A stretch of DNA of 64,000 nt from Candidatus Woesearchaeota archaeon (GTDB taxonomy: Archaea > Nanobdellota > Nanobdellia > Woesearchaeales > JAGVYF01), in NCBI GenBank assembly GCA_023264635.1, contig JAHFLT010000001.1, positions 35,307 to 99,306 of the forward strand, given 5' to 3'. The notes under the pieces were generated by a model. It was not told the DNA's origin. It ran no database searches and saw only the letters and a list, made by a program, of their open reading frames with translations. Every line of letters begins with the position of its first letter. Positions within the stretch are counted from its first letter, which is position 1. The position numbers were made by a program, and so were the translations under genes. Below, piece by piece: positions 1 to 10,003 of the stretch.

Positions 1-774
1 TTTTTGGGCAGAATCAGTCTCAGCATTAACGAGTTGGTAATGTACTCCGAAAAATGATATCTTTGCCCCCAACAGATCATCAAGTTTGTTGTTCGCGCTT
101 ACCTTACTCTCCCATCCACGGCTGAAATCAACGACATATTCCAGAATATCGTCACCTTGTACATACTTCAGATAATCACCAATCCTGCTCGTACGATCCT
201 TGCCATAATAGACTTCTCCAGCTTCAATCTTATCATCAACATCCCCGCCAAACCGCAGGAGATATTTAACGTCAGTTATGCCGTTTGCAGTGTTTGTGCG
301 GGTGGTGGTCAATGCCTTCATATCATTCTCAACAAGCACTTGCTTCCTACTGCCCAGGGTTTTACCGATAGGCAAGTCGCTGAATACAAATTCTTCCTCT
401 GTCACTTCTTTCGAGACGCACTTTCCATCCTTACACATATCAGAACACGTGATGTTATACAAAGCCTTCTTGAGCAAACATTTCTGTAAGACATTGCCTA
501 TACAGATATCTTTGTCACAGACAGTCTTTTTACTGTCCTCCGTTTTCACTTCCTGCTTCTCTTCTGCTCTCTCTCCTTTTTTCGGTTCTTCCTTTTTCTC
601 TTCTTTCGTTTCCACTTTTTCTACGACTTTCTCTGCGGGTTTTCCGATCTCAGCGGATTTCTTTGCGACTTCTTTTTCCTCTACCCGAATTGGTTGCTTT
701 TCTTGCTTAGTCCAGCAACCAACGAATAGCATTGTAACGAGCAGGATAAAAACAAGTGACCACGATTTTAGCAT
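1..774 (-). CDS. Partial CDS (C-terminus runs off window start): putative secreted lipoprotein with Lys/Glu-rich linker
   Basis: Reverse-strand translation from ATG at 774 gives MLKSWSLVFILLVTMLFVGCW (signal plus lipobox-like FVGC), a KE-rich spacer and a Cys-containing domain. No stop before position 1. Plus-strand ORFs 157..489 and 278..937 are antisense to it. Confidence 0.45.
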   Translation of the reverse strand, partial: MLKSWSLVFILLVTMLFVGCWTKQEKQPIRVEEKEVAKKSAEIGKPAEKVVEKVETKEEKKEEPKKGERAEEKQEVKTEDSKKTVCDKDICIGNVLQKCLLKKALYNITCSDMCKDGKCVSKEVTEEEFVFSDLPIGKTLGSRKQVLVENDMKALTTTRTNTANGITDVKYLLRFGGDVDDKIEAGEVYYGKDRTSRIGDYLKYVQGDDILEYVVDFSRGWESKVSANNKLDDLLGAKISFFGVHYQLVNAETDSAQK

Positions 775-1030
775 TATTTCACCCACTTTTTTTTCTTTTT
801 CTCCTTTTTGTTTCTACGTTCTCTTTTCTTTCTCCAGCCTCTCTCCTTTCTCCTGTCTCTATAATTCTATCTTATCATCTCTCTCTGTGCCATCTCTAAT
901 ACGCATTCTGTTTATCACCATATGCTTCTGCATTTAAATGCTTTTTGGAGAGAATGCGTACAATCTCTCTTCACCAGTTTTAAGCAGTCTTTACGCAATC
1001 TCCAAGCAGTCTCTAGTAAAGATGCCATAT

Positions 1031-1292
1031 GCTCTGTAGAAAGTCTCGCTCTCGCTAGCCATTGCACCTCAGCTCGCATGTGCTGTTAATCTGCAGAGTG
1101 ACACAAAGGAGAACCGCTGTTCTCCTTGTGCAAGAAGCCTATGGCTTCTTTGCATTTCCCGGATGGAGCACAAAGAAATCTCGCAGATTTCTTGTGCAAG
1201 TTGCTTCGCAACTTTGCATCCCCTTTGTCACTTTTCCTGACTCTTGAAGGTGCTCGCCCTTAAGAGTGGCAATGGTACACTTTTTACAGAAC
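1031..1292. mobile_element. MITE-like non-autonomous element, type I, copy A
   Basis: About 262 bp, near-identical to copy at 5769..6030. Terminal inverted repeats GGCTCTGTAGAAAGT / ACTTTTTACAGAACC (right end has 2 mismatches). Flanking direct repeat GATGCCATA(T/G) at 1021-1030 and 1294-1302. Internal nested hairpins. Confidence 0.7.
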
Positions 1293-1338
1293 CGATGCCA
1301 TAGTAAGTTTTTTAATAGAATCAGATTTCCCATTATCC

Positions 1339-2106
1339 ATGAACATACCGTGCCCATACTGTCGCTATGATATAAGCGAAAAAGATATGCATCATAATAA
1401 TTATGCTCAGTGCGAGAAATGTCAGCTCCCTTTCCACAGGGAATGTTATGAGCTTAATGGAAAATGCATGTGTTTTGGCTGTGGAGGTAAGGCAGCTCTC
1501 CCCATTACGCAAGAATCGCAAAAATTACACCAAGAATCTGTAGACATCGTTGTGAGAAATCACTTTCTTGCAGCTCCAGATAAGGCTATCACAGCACACA
1601 TGCGTATTCTAGAGGATATTGTTACTGCCTATACAAAAGCAAGTGGAGAACATAATGCTAAAGTGCAGCATGCCATACAATCAGTCTGCAGTAATGCATT
1701 TCCCTCAACAATAACATCTCTCTACGTTTCTTATCTCACAGAATATAATCATTGTTGTGATGCGTATCAGAAGATAGCGACGAAAATGAAAGATGTAAAG
1801 CAGCCAGCAATTTTGGGAAATCCGTGCGATGTTTATTCAATGGGAGCCATGACAGGAGCAGCAGTAGGAGCTATTGTTAGTGCCTTGTTTGTCGGAGGAG
1901 GGGGATATCCCGCGTGGGACTATCTTATAAGTATGTTCATGGGCGCAGCTGTAACATGGTCTATGCGGCATCGTGCCAAAGAGTGGTATTCTGTAGAGAA
2001 GCTGTCAGCCGATTACCAGAAAGCTCACTTGCAGAAAGCGTATAAAAAAAAGCTGCTGAATCTTACTAAAAGATACGAACAAAAATTTCTCACTGCCCTT
2101 CCATAA
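1339..2106 (+). CDS. Zinc-ribbon (multiple CxxC) protein with C-terminal Gly-rich transmembrane segment, function unknown
   Basis: N-terminal CPYC...CEKC...CFGCGG motifs. C-terminal GAMTGAAVGAIVSALFVGGGG hydrophobic stretch. ORF of 255 aa. Confidence 0.45.
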   Translation: MNIPCPYCRYDISEKDMHHNNYAQCEKCQLPFHRECYELNGKCMCFGCGGKAALPITQESQKLHQESVDIVVRNHFLAAPDKAITAHMRILEDIVTAYTKASGEHNAKVQHAIQSVCSNAFPSTITSLYVSYLTEYNHCCDAYQKIATKMKDVKQPAILGNPCDVYSMGAMTGAAVGAIVSALFVGGGGYPAWDYLISMFMGAAVTWSMRHRAKEWYSVEKLSADYQKAHLQKAYKKKLLNLTKRYEQKFLTALP

Positions 2107-3460
2107 CCTTCATTACCGTCACAAGCACATCTTCTTTGAAATTACCCGCATAGAGTTGGACGCCTACAGGCACCCCATCAATCTTCCCAGCAGGTACAAC
2201 ACCTGCGCAAATCCCGGCAAGATTAGCAGGGATAGTGAATGCATCATAAGCATATGATGCTTCCGGGGATGGTATCTTTCTTAAGAGATGCGGCAGCTCT
2301 GGCGTTGTGGGCAATGCAATCACGTCTACTTCTTTGAATGCTTTCTCAAATTCTTCTTGTATTGCACGGCGTACTCGTAATGCTTTGCGGTAGTATCTCC
2401 CTTCATACTCTGCACAGCTTATCATCCTGCCACCTATGATGCGTCTCAGTACTTCTTCTTTGCATGATTCTTCAATGCGTTTCCCATATCTCCTTCCATC
2501 ATATTTTCTTGTCCCTGAGAAGAATTCTGTATACACAATGGGATAATACGACTCTACTGCCAATGCCACATACTTAAGGTCAATCTCTTTTAGTATAAGC
2601 TTCTGTTTCTTTGCAAAGTCCAGCACTTTTTCTTTGACTATCTTATAGATTTTTTTATCCTTGCATAGTTCCTCAAATACAGGAGAAAGCGCAATGGTCT
2701 TTGGTTGTTTTCCGAAGTGTGTGAATAGTGGCACCGACAGAGGATACATCATTGGATCATTGTCACTATATCCACTTATAACCTCAAGTAACAGTGCACA
2801 GCCATCTGTGTCAGGTGCGCATGGCGCAATTTGGTCAAGACTCATTGAAAGGTCTATAAGCCCATACCGCGACACTCTACCATATGATGGCTTTATGCCA
2901 ACAATACCACAATGCGATGCTGGATTTCGTATGCTTCCCCCAGTATCAGAACCCAGCGCCACATCACATAGCCCTGCAGCAACTGCGGCAGCGCTTCCTG
3001 AAGAAGAACCACCTGGAACATGCTTTGGTGATGTTGGATTTATTGTTGGGCCAAATGCACTTGTTTCTCCGGAGATACCACAGGCAAATTCATCCATATT
3101 AGTTATTCCTATAATGATTCCATCCTCTGCGAGTATTTTTTCAATCACATCTGCATTATATGTCCCGTAATAATTTTCGAGCGTTTTCGACGCACATGAT
3201 ATAGGCATTCCAATGACATTAATGTTCGCTTTTACTCCTACTGTCAGTCCGAATAGTTTCCCCACCTTTCCCTTTTTCCTCTTCCCATCAAGAGCGCGTG
3301 CTCTCTCCAGCGCTTCTTTCTCTGCTGTATAGAGAAATGCATTGATACGTGGATTCTCTTTTTTGATGAGTACAAGCTGCTGGTTCACATGCTCAATGCA
3401 TAACAACTTGCCTTCCTGTAATTGTGTGAGTAACTCTTTGGTTGCCATTAGTGTTACCAT
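2090..3460 (-). CDS. gatA: Glutamyl-tRNA(Gln)/Asp-tRNA(Asn) amidotransferase subunit A
   Basis: 456 aa. Amidase signature GGSSSGSAAAVAAG. Overlaps upstream gatC stop by 7 bp. Confidence 0.9.
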   Translation of the reverse strand: MVTLMATKELLTQLQEGKLLCIEHVNQQLVLIKKENPRINAFLYTAEKEALERARALDGKRKKGKVGKLFGLTVGVKANINVIGMPISCASKTLENYYGTYNADVIEKILAEDGIIIGITNMDEFACGISGETSAFGPTINPTSPKHVPGGSSSGSAAAVAAGLCDVALGSDTGGSIRNPASHCGIVGIKPSYGRVSRYGLIDLSMSLDQIAPCAPDTDGCALLLEVISGYSDNDPMMYPLSVPLFTHFGKQPKTIALSPVFEELCKDKKIYKIVKEKVLDFAKKQKLILKEIDLKYVALAVESYYPIVYTEFFSGTRKYDGRRYGKRIEESCKEEVLRRIIGGRMISCAEYEGRYYRKALRVRRAIQEEFEKAFKEVDVIALPTTPELPHLLRKIPSPEASYAYDAFTIPANLAGICAGVVPAGKIDGVPVGVQLYAGNFKEDVLVTVMKVMEGQ

Positions 3461-3750
3461 TTTTTTTTCTCAGCAACAATCTGGTTTTCTCTTGTTTTGG
3501 GGGCATTCTTCAACATACGGGAACTGAATTCTTTGTCGAACTCTTCGTCTTTGCTTTCTCTCGGATATTCTTCTTTACATTCTCTCTGGTTTTCTTTTTT
3601 GCATTCTATATTGTATTCCCTCATGTACGCTGGTCTCTCTGTGCCAACCTCGTATGGCAAGTGCTCTCCATTTCCTAAAGCGTTTAAAAATGCATCCATT
3701 ATCTGTTTTGCCTGTTGTTCAATTTTAGCTTTATCCATTATTTTATCCAT
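3454..3750 (-). CDS. gatC: Amidotransferase subunit C (divergent GatC)
   Basis: 98 aa between gatB and gatA, overlapping gatA start. C-terminal LKNAP motif and PAYMRE resemble GatC MKNAP / MRED motifs. Confidence 0.5.
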   Translation of the reverse strand: MDKIMDKAKIEQQAKQIMDAFLNALGNGEHLPYEVGTERPAYMREYNIECKKENQRECKEEYPRESKDEEFDKEFSSRMLKNAPKTRENQIVAEKKKW

Positions 3751-3754
3751 GAGC

Positions 3755-5140
3755 TTAGCATATCCTCCTTTTCAGCAGCTCCTTGACAGTGTCTGCTTTT
3801 GCTTTTCCTTTTGTCAAAGCCATGACTTTACCTATCAAGAAATTTAATGCCTTTTCTTCGCCAGCAAGATAATCCTTTACTGCTTCTGGATGTTCAGAGA
3901 CCACCTTTTGCGTAAGTTTACCTAACTCTTCTTCACTGCTTATAATGCCTAGTCCTTTTTGAGCTACGTATGCTCTCGGACTGAACGATTTCTCAATCAT
4001 CTGCTTGAGAAGCCCTTCTGCAGTCTGATCAGTAATTTCTTTTTTTACGACCATCTGCAGCAGCTCTGCAATATGTTTCTCATCAAACTCTACTTCCTGC
4101 AACGTTCGTTGTGTTACATTCATTATTTTCAGCAGCTCATGCCTGAGCCACTTTGCTGCGAGCAATGGGTCTACTGTCTTTGCAAGTTTTTCAAACAAAT
4201 CCGCAAGTGCGAGATCGCTTGCCAGGATTTTAGCATCCGTTGCTGATACTTTCATATTCTTGTATCGCTCAATCTTGATGTGCGGCTTCTCTGGAAGCAT
4301 CTTCTGGATGTTTTCCACAAGCGCATCAGTTATGTGAATTAATGGTAGATCTGGTTCCGGGATAAACATATAGTCAAGTGCAGTCTCTTTGGAGCGCATG
4401 AAGTGCGTCTTGCCATAGGTATCAGGAGGGCTTCTTGTGTGGGCAAAAACTTTTTCTCTCTGAGCTACTACCTCATGCTGCCTTTTTATTTCCCCGTCTA
4501 TTGCAAGCACGATAGTCTTAATTGAATTAACATTCTTGATCTCAACACGTGGGTGGTGCTCTGTGCTTACATTCACATCACATTTTATTCCCGCATTCTT
4601 ATTGACCGCTTTGAGATAAGATAATGTGGTCAGAAGGCTCTCCAGCCAATCTTTTACTTCTCCTGCACTTGTAAAATCAGGTTCAGTGACAATTTCAATC
4701 AGAGGATAGCCACTTCTGTTGTAATCCACAAGTCCTGTTTCAGGATCCCAACGTGCAGGATCCTCTTCCAAGTGACACTCCGTGATACCGACATCCAGAT
4801 ATTTCCCATGCTCACCTACTGGATGCGAGTACGTTCCCGAAATGGTGATCTGATATCCTTTGGGTAAATCAGGCCAGTCATAATGTTTTCGTTGAAAGAT
4901 AAGCTTTTTATTAATACTGCAGTCCAGCATTAATGCGCAAGTGACTACTTTTTCCACTGCTTCTTTGTTAGGCAACATGGGTTTTGAACCTGGCTGCCCT
5001 GTGCAGCGCGGGCAAACAGTTGTATTTGGTGCAGCATCTTGATCAACTGTGCATCGACAGAATAATTTCTGGTGAGTTTTGTGCATCGCCAGATAACCAT
5101 GAATCTCAAGCCCGATTCTTGCCATGACACTTTTCCCCAT
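3755..5140 (-). CDS. gatB: Glutamyl-tRNA(Gln)/Asp-tRNA(Asn) amidotransferase subunit B
   Basis: 461 aa. N-terminal MARIGLEIHGYL typical of GatB/GatE family. Start abuts stop of upstream gene at 5140. Confidence 0.9.
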   Translation of the reverse strand: MGKSVMARIGLEIHGYLAMHKTHQKLFCRCTVDQDAAPNTTVCPRCTGQPGSKPMLPNKEAVEKVVTCALMLDCSINKKLIFQRKHYDWPDLPKGYQITISGTYSHPVGEHGKYLDVGITECHLEEDPARWDPETGLVDYNRSGYPLIEIVTEPDFTSAGEVKDWLESLLTTLSYLKAVNKNAGIKCDVNVSTEHHPRVEIKNVNSIKTIVLAIDGEIKRQHEVVAQREKVFAHTRSPPDTYGKTHFMRSKETALDYMFIPEPDLPLIHITDALVENIQKMLPEKPHIKIERYKNMKVSATDAKILASDLALADLFEKLAKTVDPLLAAKWLRHELLKIMNVTQRTLQEVEFDEKHIAELLQMVVKKEITDQTAEGLLKQMIEKSFSPRAYVAQKGLGIISSEEELGKLTQKVVSEHPEAVKDYLAGEEKALNFLIGKVMALTKGKAKADTVKELLKRRIC

Positions 5141-5721
5141 TACACCTTCTCTTTCAGCTTAAGCTCAAAACAGACATCTTCCAGTTTCTTGAGGTCATAT
5201 TTGATGGAGTCAAATTTTCCGCGGAGTTCCCCATCCCTAATATCGAACTTCAAGAGCAGCTCATATAAACTGTCAAGAAAATCCTTTATGACAAACGGCT
5301 CTTTGTACTTTCCTTTGCTTGCTGCAGCGATTGCTTTCCGCGACAGTTCACCGGAAAGATCACACAGTCCAAGGAGATAATAATCGGTCTCTACTCCAAG
5401 CTCAGATCTCGTCATTAATTTGTGGTCTCGCACAAAGTGGTAGTAAAGCATTGCCTCTACATATTCCTGGATTGCAACCTTGTAGCTGCCTTGATGATAC
5501 ATTTTCTGATTCTTTTTAACATACTCATTCAAGGTCTTGAGCTGTTTCTGCATCTCTTTGACAAGCGTCTCTGCATCTTTCATATCATCACGATGCACAG
5601 CGTAAATTGTTTGTTTTGTCAGTTTAAGCACATCGCGGGATTTCTTGATTAGTTCCTCTCTCTGGCTGTCAAACTCCTGCGACTCTGTCAGCATATCTTC
5701 GAAATCATGTTTAGTTATCAT
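5140..5721 (-). CDS. Translin-family-like helical protein (start trimmed to first ATG outside the MITE)
   Basis: Listed ORF 5140..5817, but residues 1-16 are encoded by MITE copy B, so the first non-element Met at 5721 is taken as the start. YYHFVRDH...LLGLCDLSGEL resembles the translin YYRFHEHW core. Stop shares a base with the gatB start codon. Confidence 0.4.
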   Translation of the reverse strand: MITKHDFEDMLTESQEFDSQREELIKKSRDVLKLTKQTIYAVHRDDMKDAETLVKEMQKQLKTLNEYVKKNQKMYHQGSYKVAIQEYVEAMLYYHFVRDHKLMTRSELGVETDYYLLGLCDLSGELSRKAIAAASKGKYKEPFVIKDFLDSLYELLLKFDIRDGELRGKFDSIKYDLKKLEDVCFELKLKEKV

Positions 5722-5768
5722 GCAGAGCAACAGAAAAAGTGCATTATATATAGGTTTCTGTGGTGGAG

Positions 5769-6030
5769 GCTCTGTAGAAAGTCTCGCTCTCGCTCGCCAT
5801 TGTACCTCAGTTCGCATGTGCTGTTAGTCTGCAGAGTGACACAAAGGAGAACCGCTGTTCTCCTTGTGCAAGAAGCCTATGGCTTCTTTGCATTTCCCGG
5901 ATGGAGCACAAAGAAATCTCGCAGATTTCTTGTGCAAGTTGCTTCGCAACTTTGCATCCCCTTTGTCACTTTTCCTGACTCTTGAAGGTGCTCGCCCTTA
6001 AGAGTGGCAATGGTACACTTTCTACAGAGC
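5769..6030. mobile_element. MITE-like non-autonomous element, type I, copy B
   Basis: 262 bp. Perfect 15-bp terminal inverted repeats GGCTCTGTAGAAAGT...ACTTTCTACAGAGCC. Perfect 10-bp target duplication CTGTGGTGGA at 5758-5767 and 6031-6040. Confidence 0.8.
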
Positions 6031-6143
6031 CTGTGGTGGATGCTATGCGTGATGAGATGTTGGATGTGGTGGTGCTCAGTGATGATGCTGTGATAACGAC
6101 TCTGAGCAAAAGTTTATATCATACACCATGAATCACCAAGTGC

Positions 6144-6740
6144 ATGCAATTTTATAATGTAATAAGAGAATTCGTACTGACACTCGGTCTTTGCGAACCA
6201 GAAATAGAAGCAAGTGCGCCAAAAGAGAATAACAAAAAGAAGATATATCGATTCGACGAGAGTGAGGCACGCATCCGTGATACTGGTCTTCGTCGCCATC
6301 TCAGGCCGGTAGAGGCATTCTCTGAAATTTTTTCGGGAACCTCTATTGGAAAAGATATGCTTGAAGATTCTGGTGAATGGCTAAGCCTCGCATTTGAACG
6401 GACAGGAGAGAGTGTTACACTTTATCTGGATCCGAAAGGAATTAAATGGTGTGGTGAGGGGATTGAATGGGGCGGAGGAAAGTATACAGTTAGTGACAAA
6501 ATAAGCTACTCTAAGAAATACTCTTTCTCCATCCCGGAAAAATCGCTGCAAGTAATGCAATGCCCTAAAAATCTAGTCTCCCTTCTCTATGGTCACCATT
6601 TTGATGACTTTCCAGAGGAAGTGAAAACAGCAAAGATTTATTTTCCCCTGGATGGAATCTGGCCAGTTTGTAGAGGAAGTAATAATGTTAGCTATAACTT
6701 ATATTGCGCATATCTGGCTGCTTCTCGTGGGACAAGGTGA
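6144..6740 (+). CDS. Hypothetical protein
   Basis: 198-aa ORF with no recognisable motifs. Codon usage consistent with neighbours. Confidence 0.35.
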   Translation: MQFYNVIREFVLTLGLCEPEIEASAPKENNKKKIYRFDESEARIRDTGLRRHLRPVEAFSEIFSGTSIGKDMLEDSGEWLSLAFERTGESVTLYLDPKGIKWCGEGIEWGGGKYTVSDKISYSKKYSFSIPEKSLQVMQCPKNLVSLLYGHHFDDFPEEVKTAKIYFPLDGIWPVCRGSNNVSYNLYCAYLAASRGTR

Positions 6741-7056
6741 ATTGGTTGCTTATCTAAAATTGTCGGGTTTAATACCTTTAACTTTAGTTCGACAATTTTC
6801 TATCCAAAGAAATGCGAAGCATCTCTTGGACAAAGAAATCCATTCTGGATTTCTTTGTCCCGAAAACTCGCCTACAAAAGAGGAGCGAAAACCACGCACT
6901 TTAATGCGTGGAGAGTTCTGAGTCGGCGAGTTTTCGTTATTCCACTGCTTGCTCATGGTGATTCAATCCTTTTACTCTGTGAAGGAGAATTACCAGCAGA
7001 GTAGTAACTGAAAATTATTCCCACTTAAAATTTACCCAACATGAACTGACATGAGT

Positions 7057-7512
7057 TTACTCGACATACATTCTCAGTTTCGTTTTGTCTAACTTCCAGT
7101 CAGAAGGTAGTTTGTGTGTTCTCTTGCAATAATCAATAAGTCTGTTAAGCTTGCTTTGGGTTAAGATCAGACCACGTTGCGCTGGCTCATCATGCTTGTT
7201 CATTTCAAGATGAGCGGTGACATTCAGAATTTTTTTAATGAGTGCACATATGTCTTCAGGCAGCTGTGGGAGCACATTCTTTTCTTTTAGTATCTGTGAG
7301 AGCTTCTTGCCAGTGACTGTTTTAACATCCGGAAGCCCGTATGCATCACGCAAGTACAACCCAATTTGAGAAGGTGCCTTGCCTGCTTTTGCCAGCTTTA
7401 CTGCCAACAGCTCTATTTCCTTTGGCTGATAACGTTGCCATGCTGGATTGCTTTGTGTAATTGGTTTTTTTGAACCTGACTTGCCTCTTGCCTTAGAATA
7501 CATTCGTGCCAT
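7057..7512 (-). CDS. rps15: Ribosomal protein uS15 (archaeal S15P/S13e)
   Basis: 151 aa beginning MARMYSKARGKSGSKKP. Typical archaeal S15 length and N-terminus. Confidence 0.88.
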   Translation of the reverse strand: MARMYSKARGKSGSKKPITQSNPAWQRYQPKEIELLAVKLAKAGKAPSQIGLYLRDAYGLPDVKTVTGKKLSQILKEKNVLPQLPEDICALIKKILNVTAHLEMNKHDEPAQRGLILTQSKLNRLIDYCKRTHKLPSDWKLDKTKLRMYVE

Positions 7513-7683
7513 TGTATTTTCCTCCAGTCTACGTAAGCCTTGACCGGCGTAGCTGTTAATGTACAGAAATAGGGACTCTTTTAAAAATATTACTCTTTTT
7601 TTTACCTATACTCATTACAAGTACTTACATATACCACATATACGTGAGATATATATTATATCTTTGCAAGAAATAAGGAAGTT

Positions 7684-9990
7684 ATGAACCGCGAAAAGTG
7701 GGAAGTTTCCTTAGAAGACTTAGTCTGGATAGCAGATCCAACAGAGTTCACATTTGCAAATACAGTTGAGATACATCCACCTGTTAATCCTATTGACATT
7801 GTCAAAGGCCAACATGATGCCAAACAGACGCTTCTGTCAGCAATAAAACTTCGCCAAAATGCAATCCTTATAGGGCCTGCTGGGTGCGGCAAATCACTGC
7901 TGGCAAAAACAGTGGCTGAACAATTCTCACTGGAAAATGCGAACAAGATAAAGCTCTATGACCAATGCCTCATCTATAATTTGGAGAATGAATTTGAACC
8001 GGATGTGATTAGCCTTCCGACGCCACTCGGAAAGCAATTTGCCGAAGACTTCAGGACATTCATAAAATATATTCGTGCAGGTGCCCACTACAGGCCTACT
8101 GGCCATGGAAATCCTCAGGATACGAAAATAACGTTCCGCACACATTCATTTTTTTCCACAACTGAATATTCAGGAACGCTAAAGCAACTTTTGGAAGGTG
8201 TGGCCAAGCAGAATGGGTTGACTATAGTGCCTGATGCTGATGTACTTTTCAAACATAGTATCAGGATGCTTGATGCGCCAGTGCTTACTGATGGAAAAGA
8301 TTACTTTACGTTGCGAATCTTGTGCCCTCATTATGAATTTGACGAACCTCGCAATGGAAAATCATTTATCCTCGACAATTTAGTGCAGACCTATAAATAT
8401 TATCCTAAAGTGCTTCGCTATTTTGGTGATATGGCTCGTGAAGTTCGTGAAACTGAAGAAATGAAAGGATTATTTGACATGGAGCAGCCATTTATAAAAA
8501 AAATGCGCGAAGAGAAATACATGATTAACGTTATTGTCAATAACGCTGAGACCGTTGGAGTCCCTGTGGAATATATTGAGAATCCGAGTATACAGAACAT
8601 TATCGGAGAAGCTGGCCATGATGCATATAATCTCCGCCCAATGCATATGCGTATCAAACCAGGCAAGCTCCATCGCGGTAATGGGGGTATCGTCATTATA
8701 GATGAGCTTATCACTGTCTTGCAGGATCAATACATGCGTAACTTTTTGCTTACTGTACTTAACGACAAGCAAGGCCGGATCGGGGGTGGCGCTGGCTTGA
8801 GTGGTGGAGGGACAAGCGCTGGCGTTGAGACAAAGCCTGTTGCAGCGGATTGCATCGTCATTGGATGCGCAAATGACGATGTATTCAAGTACATGACAGA
8901 CAAGATTGCCAGACGTTTCCAGCACAAGGTGAAATTCCATACAACTATGGACAACACATTGGAAAATAGGATGGGATACGCAGAATTTATTGCTTATGAA
9001 ATCAATAAATACAATAATGACTCCTCAAATCAAGTAAAGCTTTCTCATTGTACTCCTGAAGCAGTTGCTGCTGTTGTCGAGTGGGGCGTTCGCTTTGCCC
9101 AGAATGCTGCGCATGGCAAGAAAAAGCTCACTAATGTGCTTGATCCAGTGGCATTACTTGTGAAATCAGCAGCGATGAAGGCATCACAAGAGAATGCACC
9201 ACTTGTTGAGCGTATCCATGTCCAAGCTGCTCGCGAGGAGTTGCGGCGGTTGTCGACACAGATGCAGACAGACTATCTTACTTATATTAATGAGGGTCTC
9301 ATATCCATAGAGGTGGATGGTTTCCGAGAGCGTATAGTTAACGGGCTTGTTGTTATTAAAGATAACTATGGACTTGTTGCATATGGATTTCCTACACGAT
9401 TAATAGCTACAGCATCGCAAGGCAAAGGCGGATTTCTCAGCAGTGAAAAGGAGGCCGGGCTTTCAGGAAAAATTATGCTGAAAACGCATGAAATAATTAA
9501 GACTTACTTTAATGCAACCTATGGGAAAGCATTGGCAAAAGTAAATTTATCAGTCAGTTTCGCACAGAGCTATTCATCGATAGATGGCGATAGCGCATCG
9601 ATAGCGACTGTCATCGCACTTAAAAGTGCTCTTAGTGGCATGCCTGTAGATCAAGGACTGGCTGTTACAGGTTCGATGAATGAGCTGGGAGAAATCCAGC
9701 CAATAGGCGGCGTCAATGAGAAGATAGAGGGATTCTATGCGGTTTGTAAGCAAAAAGGATTCACCAGAAAGCAAGGTGTCATCATTCCCCCGAGCAATGT
9801 TCCGGATCTAATGTTAGCAAAAGATGTTATAGATGATGTCTGCGCTGGAAACTTCCATGTGTATTCTGTCAAACATCTGGATGAAGCAGTGGAGCTTATG
9901 TTTGCCAAGCCAGCACAGGACGTTGACAGATGCATACGGAAAAAGCTTGAGGAATACTGGAGGGAAGACAGTGTCACGGGTAAACGCTGA
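7684..9990 (+). CDS. Soluble LonB-like AAA+ serine protease with about 250-aa insertion between Walker A and Walker B
   Basis: Walker A GPAGCGKS, Walker B GGIVIIDE. C-terminal Lon protease domain DGDSASIA (Ser) and GGVNEKIEG (Lys). No hydrophobic transmembrane segment in the insert, unlike canonical archaeal LonB. RBS-like AGGAAG upstream. Confidence 0.8.
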   Translation: MNREKWEVSLEDLVWIADPTEFTFANTVEIHPPVNPIDIVKGQHDAKQTLLSAIKLRQNAILIGPAGCGKSLLAKTVAEQFSLENANKIKLYDQCLIYNLENEFEPDVISLPTPLGKQFAEDFRTFIKYIRAGAHYRPTGHGNPQDTKITFRTHSFFSTTEYSGTLKQLLEGVAKQNGLTIVPDADVLFKHSIRMLDAPVLTDGKDYFTLRILCPHYEFDEPRNGKSFILDNLVQTYKYYPKVLRYFGDMAREVRETEEMKGLFDMEQPFIKKMREEKYMINVIVNNAETVGVPVEYIENPSIQNIIGEAGHDAYNLRPMHMRIKPGKLHRGNGGIVIIDELITVLQDQYMRNFLLTVLNDKQGRIGGGAGLSGGGTSAGVETKPVAADCIVIGCANDDVFKYMTDKIARRFQHKVKFHTTMDNTLENRMGYAEFIAYEINKYNNDSSNQVKLSHCTPEAVAAVVEWGVRFAQNAAHGKKKLTNVLDPVALLVKSAAMKASQENAPLVERIHVQAAREELRRLSTQMQTDYLTYINEGLISIEVDGFRERIVNGLVVIKDNYGLVAYGFPTRLIATASQGKGGFLSSEKEAGLSGKIMLKTHEIIKTYFNATYGKALAKVNLSVSFAQSYSSIDGDSASIATVIALKSALSGMPVDQGLAVTGSMNELGEIQPIGGVNEKIEGFYAVCKQKGFTRKQGVIIPPSNVPDLMLAKDVIDDVCAGNFHVYSVKHLDEAVELMFAKPAQDVDRCIRKKLEEYWREDSVTGKR

Positions 9991-10003
9991 TGAAATTGAA
10001 GGA

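Noticed and set aside
157-937. Plus-strand ORFs 157..489 and 278..937 (Ser/Phe-rich low-complexity)
   Set aside because: Antisense to a coherent minus-strand lipoprotein CDS that runs off the window. Composition is typical of a shadow frame.
1062-1247. ORF 1062..1247, and its twin 5707..5985
   Set aside because: Encoded entirely by the palindromic MITE copies A and B. Identical because the repeat is identical, not because of a conserved gene.
2661-5130. Numerous internal or antisense ORFs within gatA, gatB, Lon, purL, the ATPase and other large genes
   Set aside because: Nested in longer ORFs with clear homology-type motifs. No independent support.
5722-5817. N-terminal 32 residues of listed ORF 5140..5817
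   Set aside because: First 16 codons lie in MITE copy B. No ATG between element and Met33.
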